From contig JAMBLH010000087.1 of assembly GCA_023336875.1 (NCBI GenBank), positions 1 to 36,392 of the forward strand: DNA of 36,392 nt, given 5' to 3'. The notes beneath the pieces were generated by a model, which was not told where the DNA came from, made no database searches, and saw only the letters and a program-made list of their open reading frames with translations. This stretch comes from Actinomycetes bacterium (GTDB lineage Bacteria > Actinomycetota > Acidimicrobiia > Spongiisociales > UBA5794). Of this stretch, positions 8,962 to 18,109 are shown one piece after another (within the stretch, counting starts at the first letter, position 1; every line of letters starts with the position of its first letter). A program made the position numbers and the translations under genes.

Positions 8962-10715
8962 GCGTCCACCTCTGCCCCCGTGGCCAGAACCGCCGCATAG
9001 CGTGGCACTTCCTCGAGCAGTTCGTGATGAGGACCGAATGCCACTACATGGCCGTCCTCGATGAAAGCGACATTGTCAACCAGGGCCAGAGTCGAAGTCC
9101 TGTGCGCAATGATCACCGTCGTCCTTCCAGCCATGACCTGGCGCAGTGCTTCCTGGATCTCCGCTTCAACGATGGCGTCCACCGACGATGTTGCATCATC
9201 GAGTATGAGCACCCTTGGGTCACGCACAACGCCTCTTGCAAGGCTCACGCGTTGGCGTTGGCCGCCGGAGAGTGTCGATCCTCGTTCACCAACGACGGTC
9301 GCGTATCCATCGTCAAAACCACAGATGAACTCGTGGGCCTTCGCCAGTCGAGCCGCTGAGCGTATTCGCTTGTCTGACGCCATTGGGTCGCCAACTCTGA
9401 TGTTCTCCTCAATCGAGGCGGAGAACAGATACGACTCCTGGAACACCACGGACACCTCACTGCGGAGATCGTCAAGTGCCAGATCCCGAACGTCGACGCC
9501 ATCGAGTGTGATCGACCCAGACGTCACGTCGTAGAAACGTGGGATCAGGTGGGCAATGGTCGACTTCCCTGAACCGGTGGCACCCACGAGTCCTACAGAT
9601 GAGCCGCCAGGAATCCTGAGATCCACATTGTGAAGAACCGTCGTCCCATCAGGATACGCGAACGAGACGTCGTCGAAGACCACCTCACCATGCCCTGGCT
9701 TGAGACGAACGGGATGTTCGGGCTCTCTGATATCTGGTGCCGTCTCCAGAAGCGCGTCGATGCGTGAAGCTGCAGCCGCAGACCGAGGAAGATTCGCAAA
9801 GAACCACCCGGTGATGAGAAGCGGGAGCACCATCACTGCGAGATACTGGGTGAAGGACACGAACTCGCCGAACGTGATCGCACCGTCGACAACGCGGACA
9901 CCGCCAAGCGCGAGTACCGCCACCGTGCCCAGCGCGGGGATGATCTCGAAGAACGGCCGATAGATCGCCCTCTGCTTCGCCATGCCCATCGCCGCGTCAT
10001 AAATGGTCTCTGCCTTGTCATCGAGCCTGGCCTGCTGCTGAGCCTCCTGTCCGTAGCTCTTGACCACCTCGATCCCAGAGACGGTCTCCTCGACCACGTG
10101 GGAGAGTTCCGACAACCTCTGCTGGAGGTCGAACGAGAAGCCGACAACCTTGCTGGCAAAGCGAGCCGAAGTGAATAGCAGTGCGGGAACCATCAACGAG
10201 GCCGTCAGTCCAAGCACGGGATCGATGATGATCAGCACGATCGCCACCACGACGAACATGACAAGGTTCGCTGATGTGATGGGCGCCATCGCGAGAATCA
10301 GCCTCAGCTGGCTCAAGTCGGACGAAGCCCTGGCCATCAGTTCACCGGTGGATGTGACGTCATGGAACGAGAATGCAAGACGCTGAATGTGGGTGAAGAT
10401 GTTGTTCCTCAGGTCAGCCTCTGCCCGATACGACATCTTGAAGCCGTAGTACCTGCGCAGAGAAATGCCGACAGCCTGGATCGCTCCAGCAATGACCATC
10501 AGACCGAGCACTGGCCAGATGTCCGACATCTCTGCACGGCCGACGACGAGATCGATCACGCTTCCAACGAGGTAGGGGACAAGAATGACCATCGCCATCC
10601 ATATCAGAGCGCCAACGATCGACATCGCCGCAACACCGCGATACCGCAGTGCTACGCGCCACAGGAGCGAGATGCCGACCCTGAGGTCAGCCAGTCGCGA
10701 TTGATCCTCCACCAT
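8958..10715 (-). CDS. ABC exporter fused permease/ATPase, subunit with the degenerate Walker B
   Basis: 585 aa. Walker A is GATGSGKST and the signature LSGGQRQRVSLAR is canonical. Walker B is VLILDDATS, so the catalytic Glu is replaced by Asp. H-loop is IIAHRT. Confidence 0.9.
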   Translation of the reverse strand: MVEDQSRLADLRVGISLLWRVALRYRGVAAMSIVGALIWMAMVILVPYLVGSVIDLVVGRAEMSDIWPVLGLMVIAGAIQAVGISLRRYYGFKMSYRAEADLRNNIFTHIQRLAFSFHDVTSTGELMARASSDLSQLRLILAMAPITSANLVMFVVVAIVLIIIDPVLGLTASLMVPALLFTSARFASKVVGFSFDLQQRLSELSHVVEETVSGIEVVKSYGQEAQQQARLDDKAETIYDAAMGMAKQRAIYRPFFEIIPALGTVAVLALGGVRVVDGAITFGEFVSFTQYLAVMVLPLLITGWFFANLPRSAAAASRIDALLETAPDIREPEHPVRLKPGHGEVVFDDVSFAYPDGTTVLHNVDLRIPGGSSVGLVGATGSGKSTIAHLIPRFYDVTSGSITLDGVDVRDLALDDLRSEVSVVFQESYLFSASIEENIRVGDPMASDKRIRSAARLAKAHEFICGFDDGYATVVGERGSTLSGGQRQRVSLARGVVRDPRVLILDDATSSVDAIVEAEIQEALRQVMAGRTTVIIAHRTSTLALVDNVAFIEDGHVVAFGPHHELLEEVPRYAAVLATGAEVDA

Positions 10716-10732
10716 CGCGTCAGGCTACCGGT

Positions 10733-11563
10733 CTATCTCTTGTCCAGAACCCTCATGAGCGAACCAACGGCGATCGGTGCGGCCACGACGACGATCCCTA
10801 CCCCGTACAGCCACAGGAGAACCAAACCCATCGCTCCGAATACTGCAACCGATGCCGCAGAGCCTGATGGGACGAGATTTATGGCGATCCATGTCCCAAC
10901 AGCCAGCATCGCTGTGACGAGCGCGGCCGTGGTTGCAGGTCGTCGCACCGGCCTTGGCGCTCCCCAATTGTAAATCGAGAACAGCAGTCCAAACACCCAG
11001 AGAGATGCAAGGCCTGCAAGCGCGAGTTCGCCGATGAGTTGAGCGCCGGCCTGCTCAGGCACACGTCGGCCGAGGAAACCCATCCCGAGTAGGAGTGCCG
11101 CGTAGGCTGCGAAGACCCCGATACCCGCTGCAACCGTGACAAGGATGCCCGTTGTTCGCATGCGTATATATCCGACCTCGCGCCCTGAGCCATCCATGAG
11201 ACGGAGTGCCTTCTGCACCGTATAGACGGCCCGCGACCCGGACCACAACGCCACGAGAAGGGTCACGATGATGATGACGGTCCTGTTGTCCTCAACCACA
11301 GCGACCGAGTCGCTCAGGATTTCGATGAGAAACTCAGATATGTCAGGAGGCAGCGTCTCCCCTAGGAATCGATAGGTGTCGGAAAGCACTTTCTGGGTGC
11401 TATCGAGCAGCGTGAGCATCGATACGAACGCGAGGGCGAGGGGCACAGCGGCAAACAGCGAGTTGTACGCAAACGCTGCTCCCATCAGAAATGGATCGGC
11501 GCGGCGCAAAGGGCCCGCCGCATCCTTGTACCAATCTTTCATGAATTGAAGTGTCGAGCTCAC
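10733..11563 (-). CDS. YihY/BrkB family membrane protein
   Basis: 276-aa polytopic membrane ORF. The pattern AAFAYNSLFAAVPLALAFVSML...ALWSGSRAVYTVQKAL is typical of the YihY/virulence factor BrkB family. The start is GTG 11563. An alternative ATG at 11542 is possible. Confidence 0.7.
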   Translation of the reverse strand: MSSTLQFMKDWYKDAAGPLRRADPFLMGAAFAYNSLFAAVPLALAFVSMLTLLDSTQKVLSDTYRFLGETLPPDISEFLIEILSDSVAVVEDNRTVIIIVTLLVALWSGSRAVYTVQKALRLMDGSGREVGYIRMRTTGILVTVAAGIGVFAAYAALLLGMGFLGRRVPEQAGAQLIGELALAGLASLWVFGLLFSIYNWGAPRPVRRPATTAALVTAMLAVGTWIAINLVPSGSAASVAVFGAMGLVLLWLYGVGIVVVAAPIAVGSLMRVLDKR

Positions 11564-11618
11564 ACATCGAGACTAGAGGTACACCGACTACAGGGGACCT
11601 ATTCCTAGAATCGCCGCG

Positions 11619-13214
11619 GTGAAAAAGCTGATTCCCCTTGCAATCGCGGTGTCGATGGTGGCGAGCGCGTGTGTTGCGGGTGGCGAGAATGTGGTCTCAG
11701 TCGGACCTGAAGGCACACTTGCGACCCTTGAGACGCTCTCTCCGAACACCACGGCTGACGACGGCGGGTTCACCACATCGACGCTCACTCCCGAGACCAC
11801 AACCACAACTGTGCCCGAGAGACCTGAGGGCGTCGTCACCGCAGAGACGGTGTTCAAACCGTGGGGCTCGGTAAACGGCTTGACAATGTTCAGAGGAAAC
11901 CCGACCAGGACATTCTTCGGAACTGGTCCTCTACCGACAACTTCGCCGAACCGACTGTGGCGATATCCGGAGAATCCGATGTCCGGCCAGTCCCCCGTGG
12001 GGAACCAACCCAAAACGTGGTCAGGAACAGGATGGACCGGCCAGCCGCTCGTGTACGAGCGGGATGACGGTCGTACGGAGGTCATCTTCGGCGCCTACGA
12101 CAAGAACATCCACTTCGTGGACGCCGACACCGCCGAGAACCTCCGCCCGCCCTACTTCATGGGCGACATCATCAAGGGAACGGTCACGCTTGATCCCGAC
12201 GGATATCCGCTGCTCTATGCCGGTTCGCGCGACCCCAGGTTCCGCATCCTGGCCCTGGACGGCGAAGAAGTGCGTGAGGTGTGGTCTCTTCATGCAAGTT
12301 CTGTCAAGGGTATGTGGAACGACGACTGGGATTCGAACCCGGTTGTCGTTGATGACATGCTCTACGTGGGCGGCGAGAACTCGTGGTGGTTCGCCATCAA
12401 ACTGAACCGTGGCTACGACGATGACGGCATGGTCACCGTTGACCCTCAGATCGTGTACCAGATACCCGCGTGGACCGATGAACTCTATGACCTGCTCGGC
12501 CGGCAGCACTCTGTTGAGAACTCCACAGCTGTATTCGAACAGAAGGCCTACTTTGCAACGAGCGGTGGACGCGTCGTCGGAGTCGATCTCACCGACATCG
12601 AGAACGGGAACGGGAACATCTTTTTCGATTGGTGGATCGGAGATGACACCGATTCGACGATCACCATTGACGAGGAGGGGTACGTCTACGTGGTTGCTCA
12701 CGCAGACCATGAAAAGAACAACAACACGGCAGCGCGCAGGGTCCGCGAGGTCGGACAGCTTGTGAAGCTGGATACCTCGGTACCGATCGACGATCCACTG
12801 ACGAGCCTCGCGCCTATTGTGTGGCGCGTTGAGATCCCTGCCGCTCGCGGACAGGACACGGGGGCATGGGCCACCCCGGCGTTACACCCTGACGGCTTCA
12901 TATTCGTTGCGACCGATAGCGGCAACCTGCTTGCCATCGATACAGACACGGGCGAGACCGTCTGGACCGAGACCGTCGGAGTGAACGCCTGGTCATCGCC
13001 GATCGTTGTGGATGACATCCTGCTTATCGCCGTCGACTGTTTCTCGGATCAGTCCGGACTCAGAGCGTATGACATCACCGATCCCCTAGCCCCCAGGGAG
13101 CTCTGGACAAGGCCGCTGGCCACTGGTGGTTGTCTGGAATCAACCCCCGCCGTGTGGAACGGCAACATATACGTTGGTTCCAGAGACGGATTCATGTACG
13201 CTTTCGGCTCGTGA
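11619..13214 (+). CDS. secreted lipoprotein with PQQ-like beta-propeller repeats
   Basis: 531 aa. The N-terminus MKKLIPLAIAVSMVASAC is a signal peptide with a lipobox Cys, followed by a Thr-rich linker. Repeats of PQQ/BamB-like type are present (LLAIDTDTGETVW, IYVGSRDGFMYAF). GTG start. Confidence 0.75.
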   Translation: MKKLIPLAIAVSMVASACVAGGENVVSVGPEGTLATLETLSPNTTADDGGFTTSTLTPETTTTTVPERPEGVVTAETVFKPWGSVNGLTMFRGNPTRTFFGTGPLPTTSPNRLWRYPENPMSGQSPVGNQPKTWSGTGWTGQPLVYERDDGRTEVIFGAYDKNIHFVDADTAENLRPPYFMGDIIKGTVTLDPDGYPLLYAGSRDPRFRILALDGEEVREVWSLHASSVKGMWNDDWDSNPVVVDDMLYVGGENSWWFAIKLNRGYDDDGMVTVDPQIVYQIPAWTDELYDLLGRQHSVENSTAVFEQKAYFATSGGRVVGVDLTDIENGNGNIFFDWWIGDDTDSTITIDEEGYVYVVAHADHEKNNNTAARRVREVGQLVKLDTSVPIDDPLTSLAPIVWRVEIPAARGQDTGAWATPALHPDGFIFVATDSGNLLAIDTDTGETVWTETVGVNAWSSPIVVDDILLIAVDCFSDQSGLRAYDITDPLAPRELWTRPLATGGCLESTPAVWNGNIYVGSRDGFMYAFGS

Positions 13215-14209
13215 TCAGCTACAACCAAACTGGGTTCGCATCAGGGCTTCGCACGGCGTTGATTATCCTGCTACTCATTGCGGGTGGCATTGCGTCCGTT
13301 TTCAGTGTCGCTGCGTTCTTTGGCGACAAGTGGTGGCTCTTTGACTACGTGGCCAATTACCGATGGCAGCTGATGTGGGGTCTGTTCATCGCCACGATCA
13401 TCTACACACTCGTGGCCCGCGGCCTTGCATCAATCGTATTCCTTCTCGCCGCTCTGCTCAACGCGTGGTTGATCGCCCCTCTCTGGCTTGGTGACCAACC
13501 CGCTGCAACCGGCGAGGACGGTGTACGAATCGTCTCGGCCGATGTCCACCCCAGTGTCACGGACAAGGGGTTCGTCATCCGATGGTTGCTCGACACTGAG
13601 GCAGACCTCATCCTTGTTGCGGGTACAACAGCGGACCGGATGGTGGGATTGACAGAAGATGAGGGGTCCCCCTACACCATCATTGCCGAACCACGTATAC
13701 CCGACGATGCTGGCATGGTCATCCTCGGGACAGAGGAGTGGCCAGTTGAAGTGACGTTGACCGAACTCTTTGAGGAACCGGTGTACCGGATCACGGTGGG
13801 CGCGAACGGGCAGACGATCAACGTGGTGACGACCTGGGGCGATATCGGCTCCGATGAGAAGAAGGCCGATCGCCTCGCGGCGAGACTTGAGACGATTTCA
13901 GCGGTTGTTGCTTCATCTCCGCACCCTGCAACCGTGATAGGAAACCTCGGCGCAACACGCTGGACCCACGGGATGGAAACCATGCGTGAAACCGTCGGAG
14001 TCAGAGATGCAACCGAGGGTTCGGGGTACCTCGCGACCTCACCTGTGTCGGGCATCCCCGTTATCGGGGGATGGCTTGGGATCCCGATCGACGTCGTGCT
14101 CATGACAGAAGAGATAACGCCCCTCGAACTCTCGACCGGTCCAGACATCGGTGCACAACACCTTCCTGTGACCGTCGTTGTCGGACCAGGATTCCAAGGC
14201 TCGGAGTAG
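13211..14209 (+). CDS. membrane-anchored endonuclease/exonuclease/phosphatase (EEP)-like protein, catalytic motifs apparently substituted
   Basis: The track ORF starts at TTG 13130 inside the upstream gene. I prefer GTG 13211, which overlaps the upstream TGA (GTGA) and precedes the first of about three TM helices. The start is uncertain because no clear SD is present. The C-terminal part resembles EEP motifs by eye (IGNLGATRW, PIDVVL, AQHLPV), but several canonical catalytic residues look replaced. Confidence 0.5.
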   Translation: MISYNQTGFASGLRTALIILLLIAGGIASVFSVAAFFGDKWWLFDYVANYRWQLMWGLFIATIIYTLVARGLASIVFLLAALLNAWLIAPLWLGDQPAATGEDGVRIVSADVHPSVTDKGFVIRWLLDTEADLILVAGTTADRMVGLTEDEGSPYTIIAEPRIPDDAGMVILGTEEWPVEVTLTELFEEPVYRITVGANGQTINVVTTWGDIGSDEKKADRLAARLETISAVVASSPHPATVIGNLGATRWTHGMETMRETVGVRDATEGSGYLATSPVSGIPVIGGWLGIPIDVVLMTEEITPLELSTGPDIGAQHLPVTVVVGPGFQGSE

Positions 14210-14217
14210 GCCCACTG

Positions 14218-15003
14218 CTATTGGATGGACCTCAACGCTCCTCCGTCAACCACAAGCGTTGCCCCTGTGATGAACGAGGCTGCCGGCGACACCAGGAACA
14301 CAGCGGCATTGGCGAACTCTTCCGGTACACCGTACCGACCGAGAGGGATCCCGGAGTGCATCAGGGAGCGCACCTGCTCGACAGTTGCGTCACCATGATC
14401 AGCAATGTAGGCATCCAGCTCGTCGAGACGCTCCGTTGCGATCCTTCCCGGGATGAGCTGGTTCACGCGAATACGCTCCGGCGCCCACTCGGATGCAAGC
14501 GTCTTGGCGAGTGCCGCAACACCCGCGCGAAAGATGTTCGAGAGAGCTAGGGCTGCGATTGGTTCCTTGACAGATGATGAGGTCAAATACAACACGGAGC
14601 CGTCCTCCCCAAGATGCGGTTTCGCTGCGTGTGCAAACGCCATGGCCGACCGAAGCGTCAGGCGGTATCCGGCGTCCCAGTCCAAGGGGCCCATATCTGC
14701 GAACGATCCAGCGGGTGGCCCCCCAGCGTTGGGAATCAATATGTCGATACGGCCGTGCCTCTCTGCCGCGGAGTCGACCCAGTCGCTAATCGCGTCTGCG
14801 TCGGTGACGTCGACCTCAGAGCCGACGACCGTCTGGCCGGTATTTGAGGCCATGACGCCAGCTGTGTGCTCGACGCGGTCGAGCGACCTCGAGCAGATCT
14901 CAACCGTGCATCCCTCCTCAGCAAGGATCTTCGCAATCGCAGCGCCAAGTCCTCTTGAAGCCGCGGCGACGAGCGCCACCTTTCCCGAAAGACCTAGGTC
15001 CAT
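14218..15003 (-). CDS. SDR family oxidoreductase (FabG-like)
   Basis: 261 aa. It has an N-terminal Rossmann motif (GKVALVAAASRGLGAAIA) and an NAGG motif (IPNAGG). The ATG overlaps the menE stop by 10 nt (ATGGACCTAG). Confidence 0.85.
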   Translation of the reverse strand: MDLGLSGKVALVAAASRGLGAAIAKILAEEGCTVEICSRSLDRVEHTAGVMASNTGQTVVGSEVDVTDADAISDWVDSAAERHGRIDILIPNAGGPPAGSFADMGPLDWDAGYRLTLRSAMAFAHAAKPHLGEDGSVLYLTSSSVKEPIAALALSNIFRAGVAALAKTLASEWAPERIRVNQLIPGRIATERLDELDAYIADHGDATVEQVRSLMHSGIPLGRYGVPEEFANAAVFLVSPAASFITGATLVVDGGALRSIQ

Positions 15004-16283
15004 GGTTCCTCCTCGAACGCCTCTCTCACGGCCACCAAATCGTGCTTGCCGTTCGCAAGCTTCGGGATCACTTCGCTCTCAAGCCACCGTTTCGGTCGCT
15101 CATGGGGCTGTAGCACTCCCTCCACCATCGTACCGAAGGTCTCCAACCCTTTCTCAGAAACCACCATGGCACAGCCGACGGTTCCCCACGCTTGGTCTTG
15201 TACCCCAACAACACACACATCATCCACGCCGTCAAGGCCACGCAGAATGCCAGCAACCCATCCGAGGGACACGTTCTCGCCGCCAGAGATGATCACATCA
15301 TCGATCCGTCCCTCCACATACAGGTTGTTCGCCGCGTCGAGGTGGCCGATGTCGTTCGTGATGAACCTGCCGCGCCTGAACTCCTCACCAAGATAGCCGT
15401 CGAAGACAGCTGGTCCTTCTATTGCGATCAGTCCTGCCTGGCCGGGCTGGACAGGTTCGTGATCCAGACCGACGATCACAACCTCCATGTCACGGATTGG
15501 AGTCCCTGCCCACCCTGCGAGCATCTCGACGTCACCCGGCGCAGCAGTCGCTACTTGTGATCCAGCTTCAGTGAGCCCGTAGGTAGGGACGAGGCGCACA
15601 CCTTCATCGATGCACCGTTCCCAAAGCGGGAGCGCCAGGGCTGCTCCGCCGACGAGCACGGCGCCGATCGAGGCAAGCGCTTCGGGATTTCCTTCGATGA
15701 GACGTTGCACCATCGTGGGAACCATCGACGCCACCGTTGGCTGCAGCTCTTCGATGTTTGCGCCGCTTTGGTCGAATGGACTCACGACAGCGGCTCCCCC
15801 TGCCTCGAGAGTTCGCCAGATGATCGAGAGACCACCGACGTGGTCGAAGGGGAGGCTGGCCAGCCAGCGGTCCTCGGCACCGTTGTCGAGCCGTCCCCGC
15901 GACGAACGAACGGACGAGGCCACATTCATGAATGTGAGAGGCACGATCTTTCGCCTCCCGCTGCTACCAGACGTTTCCAGACATACTGCAATATCAGGAG
16001 CCGAAGAGATCGGCAGCGATGGCCGGTGTCGCACATATGGCAGTGGCACGCCGCCAGCGTGCTGGATTGCGAGGATGTTGATGACCGAGTCGGTGTCAAT
16101 CGCCACCTGGGTCGGCACGATCTCCCACGCGGCGATATCCTCACGCACGGTTTCGGCTCTAACCTGAACCTGCTCGAGCACCTCACCGTAGGTGAATTCG
16201 GTCGTGTCATCGGCAAGACACAACCGATCCGGATCGTCAGCGGCGATTCCTGCGAGCCAGTCATATGGTGTATCGGCTGTCAT
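14994..16283 (-). CDS. menE: o-succinylbenzoate-CoA ligase (AMP-forming adenylating enzyme)
   Basis: 429 aa. The adenylation motifs are ETSGSSGRRKIV, YGLTEAG and GRIDDVIISGGENV, with C-terminal IPKLANGK. The short length and position in a men cluster support MenE over a generic acyl-CoA ligase. Confidence 0.75.
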   Translation of the reverse strand: MTADTPYDWLAGIAADDPDRLCLADDTTEFTYGEVLEQVQVRAETVREDIAAWEIVPTQVAIDTDSVINILAIQHAGGVPLPYVRHRPSLPISSAPDIAVCLETSGSSGRRKIVPLTFMNVASSVRSSRGRLDNGAEDRWLASLPFDHVGGLSIIWRTLEAGGAAVVSPFDQSGANIEELQPTVASMVPTMVQRLIEGNPEALASIGAVLVGGAALALPLWERCIDEGVRLVPTYGLTEAGSQVATAAPGDVEMLAGWAGTPIRDMEVVIVGLDHEPVQPGQAGLIAIEGPAVFDGYLGEEFRRGRFITNDIGHLDAANNLYVEGRIDDVIISGGENVSLGWVAGILRGLDGVDDVCVVGVQDQAWGTVGCAMVVSEKGLETFGTMVEGVLQPHERPKRWLESEVIPKLANGKHDLVAVREAFEEEPWT

Positions 16284-16326
16284 CGGTCACTACAGTATCG
16301 CCGGGTAACCATTCAACGGAGGAAAC

Positions 16327-17217
16327 GTGGTTTCTGACATCTTCGACCCATCGGCGTGGGAGCCGGTGCCTGGCTTCGATCTCACCGACATCACCTATCA
16401 CAGGGCGCACGACGTCGGAGCTGTGCGTGTTGCGTTCAACCGACCCGAGGTGAGGAACGCGTTCCGTCCTCACACGGTCGACGAGCTTTACAGAGTTCTC
16501 GACCACGCACGGATGACTCCAGACGTCGGGTGTGTACTGGTCACAGGAAACGGCCCATCCCCCAAGGACGGCGGTTGGGCGTTCTGTTCTGGAGGAGACC
16601 AGAGGATCCGAGGCAGAGACGGTTACAAGTACGAGGGTGCGGACGGCGTCGACCCCGCACGGCTCGGCAGGTTGCACATTCTCGAAGTGCAACGACTCAT
16701 CCGATTCATGCCCAAGATCGTGGTTGCAGTCGTACCCGGCTGGGCAGTCGGTGGCGGGCACAGTCTCCATGTCGTGTGTGATCTCACGATTGCATCTGAG
16801 GAGCACGCGGTGTTCAAGCAGACCGACGCGGATGTTGCCAGCTTCGATGGGGGCTACGGCTCCGCCCTTCTTGCCCGCCAGGTAGGCCAGAAGCGTGCAA
16901 GAGAGATCTTCTTCCTCGGACGCGACTACTCGGCCCAGGAAGCGTTCGACATGGGCATGGTGAACGCCGTCGTCCCACATGCGGATCTCGAGGCAACGGC
17001 GCTCGAGTGGGCAGCGGAGATCACAGCAAAGAGCCCAACTGCTCAGAAGATGCTCAAGTTTGCCTTCAACCTCCCTGACGACGGCATGGTCGGGCAACAG
17101 ATCTTTGCGGGCGAGGCGACAAGGCTTGCCTATGGGACCGATGAGGCCCAGGAGGGCAGGGAGGCCTTCCTCGAGAAGCGCGACCAGGACTACTCCAACT
17201 TTCCCTGGCAGTTCTAG
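16327..17217 (+). CDS. menB: 1,4-dihydroxy-2-naphthoyl-CoA synthase
   Basis: 296 aa of the crotonase fold. Pattern is FCSGGDQRIRG...VPGWAVGGGHSLHVVCDL...FLEKRDQDYSNFPW, diagnostic for MenB. GTG start with GGAGGA SD. Confidence 0.93.
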   Translation: MVSDIFDPSAWEPVPGFDLTDITYHRAHDVGAVRVAFNRPEVRNAFRPHTVDELYRVLDHARMTPDVGCVLVTGNGPSPKDGGWAFCSGGDQRIRGRDGYKYEGADGVDPARLGRLHILEVQRLIRFMPKIVVAVVPGWAVGGGHSLHVVCDLTIASEEHAVFKQTDADVASFDGGYGSALLARQVGQKRAREIFFLGRDYSAQEAFDMGMVNAVVPHADLEATALEWAAEITAKSPTAQKMLKFAFNLPDDGMVGQQIFAGEATRLAYGTDEAQEGREAFLEKRDQDYSNFPWQF

Positions 17218-18086
17218 TGCAGCGTTGGATGCTGGCTGCGAGGCCAGCAACACTGCCCGCAGGTATCGCGGCTGTACTTGTCGGGAGCGCCAGTGCATGG
17301 CATGACGGCGTCATCGAGCTACTCCCCTTCGTCATGGTTCTCTTCTCTGTGATTGCGATCCAGATCGGTGTCAACTACGCAAACGACCTCGCTGACGCGC
17401 ACAAGGGCGCCGATACCGACACCCGAATCGGGCCTCAGAGAGCAGTTGCGTCAGGTGCGATCTCGTCGAGTGAGATGAAACGTGGAATTGTGGTCGCCTT
17501 CGGCCTTGCGGGGCTCTTCGGCCTCTATCTCATCTGGTACGCCGGATGGCCCATCTTCGTGATCGGTGTCATCTCGATCCTCGCGGCCCTCGGGTACACC
17601 AATGGTCCTGTTCCCTACGGCTACTACGGGTTGGGTGAGTTGTTCGTATTCGTGTTCTTCGGCCTGGTCGCAACGGTCGGGACCCGATTCGTGTTCGGGA
17701 CGCCAGTTCCCTCTGAAGCTTGGGCGGGTGGTGTCGTCATGGGTCTGTTGGCCTCAGCAATACTCGAGGCCAACAACATCAGGGACATCGATACGGACAG
17801 GGATGCCGGAAAGCGAACACTTGCCGTGGTTGTCGGGAGAACATGGGCGAGGAGGTTCTATGCGGCAACTCTCATCGCGAGCTTCCTCGTGATCGTCTTC
17901 GGATCTCTCGTCGGATGGTTCCCTCCGCTCGCGATGATCGCTGTACTCGTCGCACCGTTGAGCATCCCACTGATCAAGACGGTGTTCACAGAAACAGCGG
18001 GCCCTCCACTCATCGAAGTTCTCAAAGGAACAGCTCAGCTCCAACTCTTCGTGGCCTTGTTGCTGTCTCTGGCGATCGCGTTCTGA
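17217..18086 (+). CDS. menA: 1,4-dihydroxy-2-naphthoate polyprenyltransferase (UbiA family)
   Basis: 289-aa polytopic membrane protein. UbiA Asp-rich motifs are NYANDLADAHKGAD and NNIRDIDTDRDAGKRTLAV. GTG 17217 overlaps the menB TAG by 1 nt. An ATG at 17229 is an alternative start. Confidence 0.88.
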   Translation: MQRWMLAARPATLPAGIAAVLVGSASAWHDGVIELLPFVMVLFSVIAIQIGVNYANDLADAHKGADTDTRIGPQRAVASGAISSSEMKRGIVVAFGLAGLFGLYLIWYAGWPIFVIGVISILAALGYTNGPVPYGYYGLGELFVFVFFGLVATVGTRFVFGTPVPSEAWAGGVVMGLLASAILEANNIRDIDTDRDAGKRTLAVVVGRTWARRFYAATLIASFLVIVFGSLVGWFPPLAMIAVLVAPLSIPLIKTVFTETAGPPLIEVLKGTAQLQLFVALLLSLAIAF

Positions 18087-18109
18087 GGGGTAGGGTAGGC
18101 TGACCGCTC

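Noticed and set aside
13130-13210. Maximal TTG start of the EEP-like ORF (13130) and the maximal start of the hydrolase ORF (22093).
   Set aside because: Both extensions lie entirely inside the preceding well-supported genes and translate to Arg-rich junk. Downstream GTG codons overlapping the upstream stops fit operon coupling better.
16261-17298. 345-aa minus-strand ORF covering menB.
   Set aside because: It lies antisense to a gene with unmistakable MenB motifs. The translation is Arg/Leu/Val-rich with no recognisable domain. It is a typical shadow ORF of GC-rich DNA.
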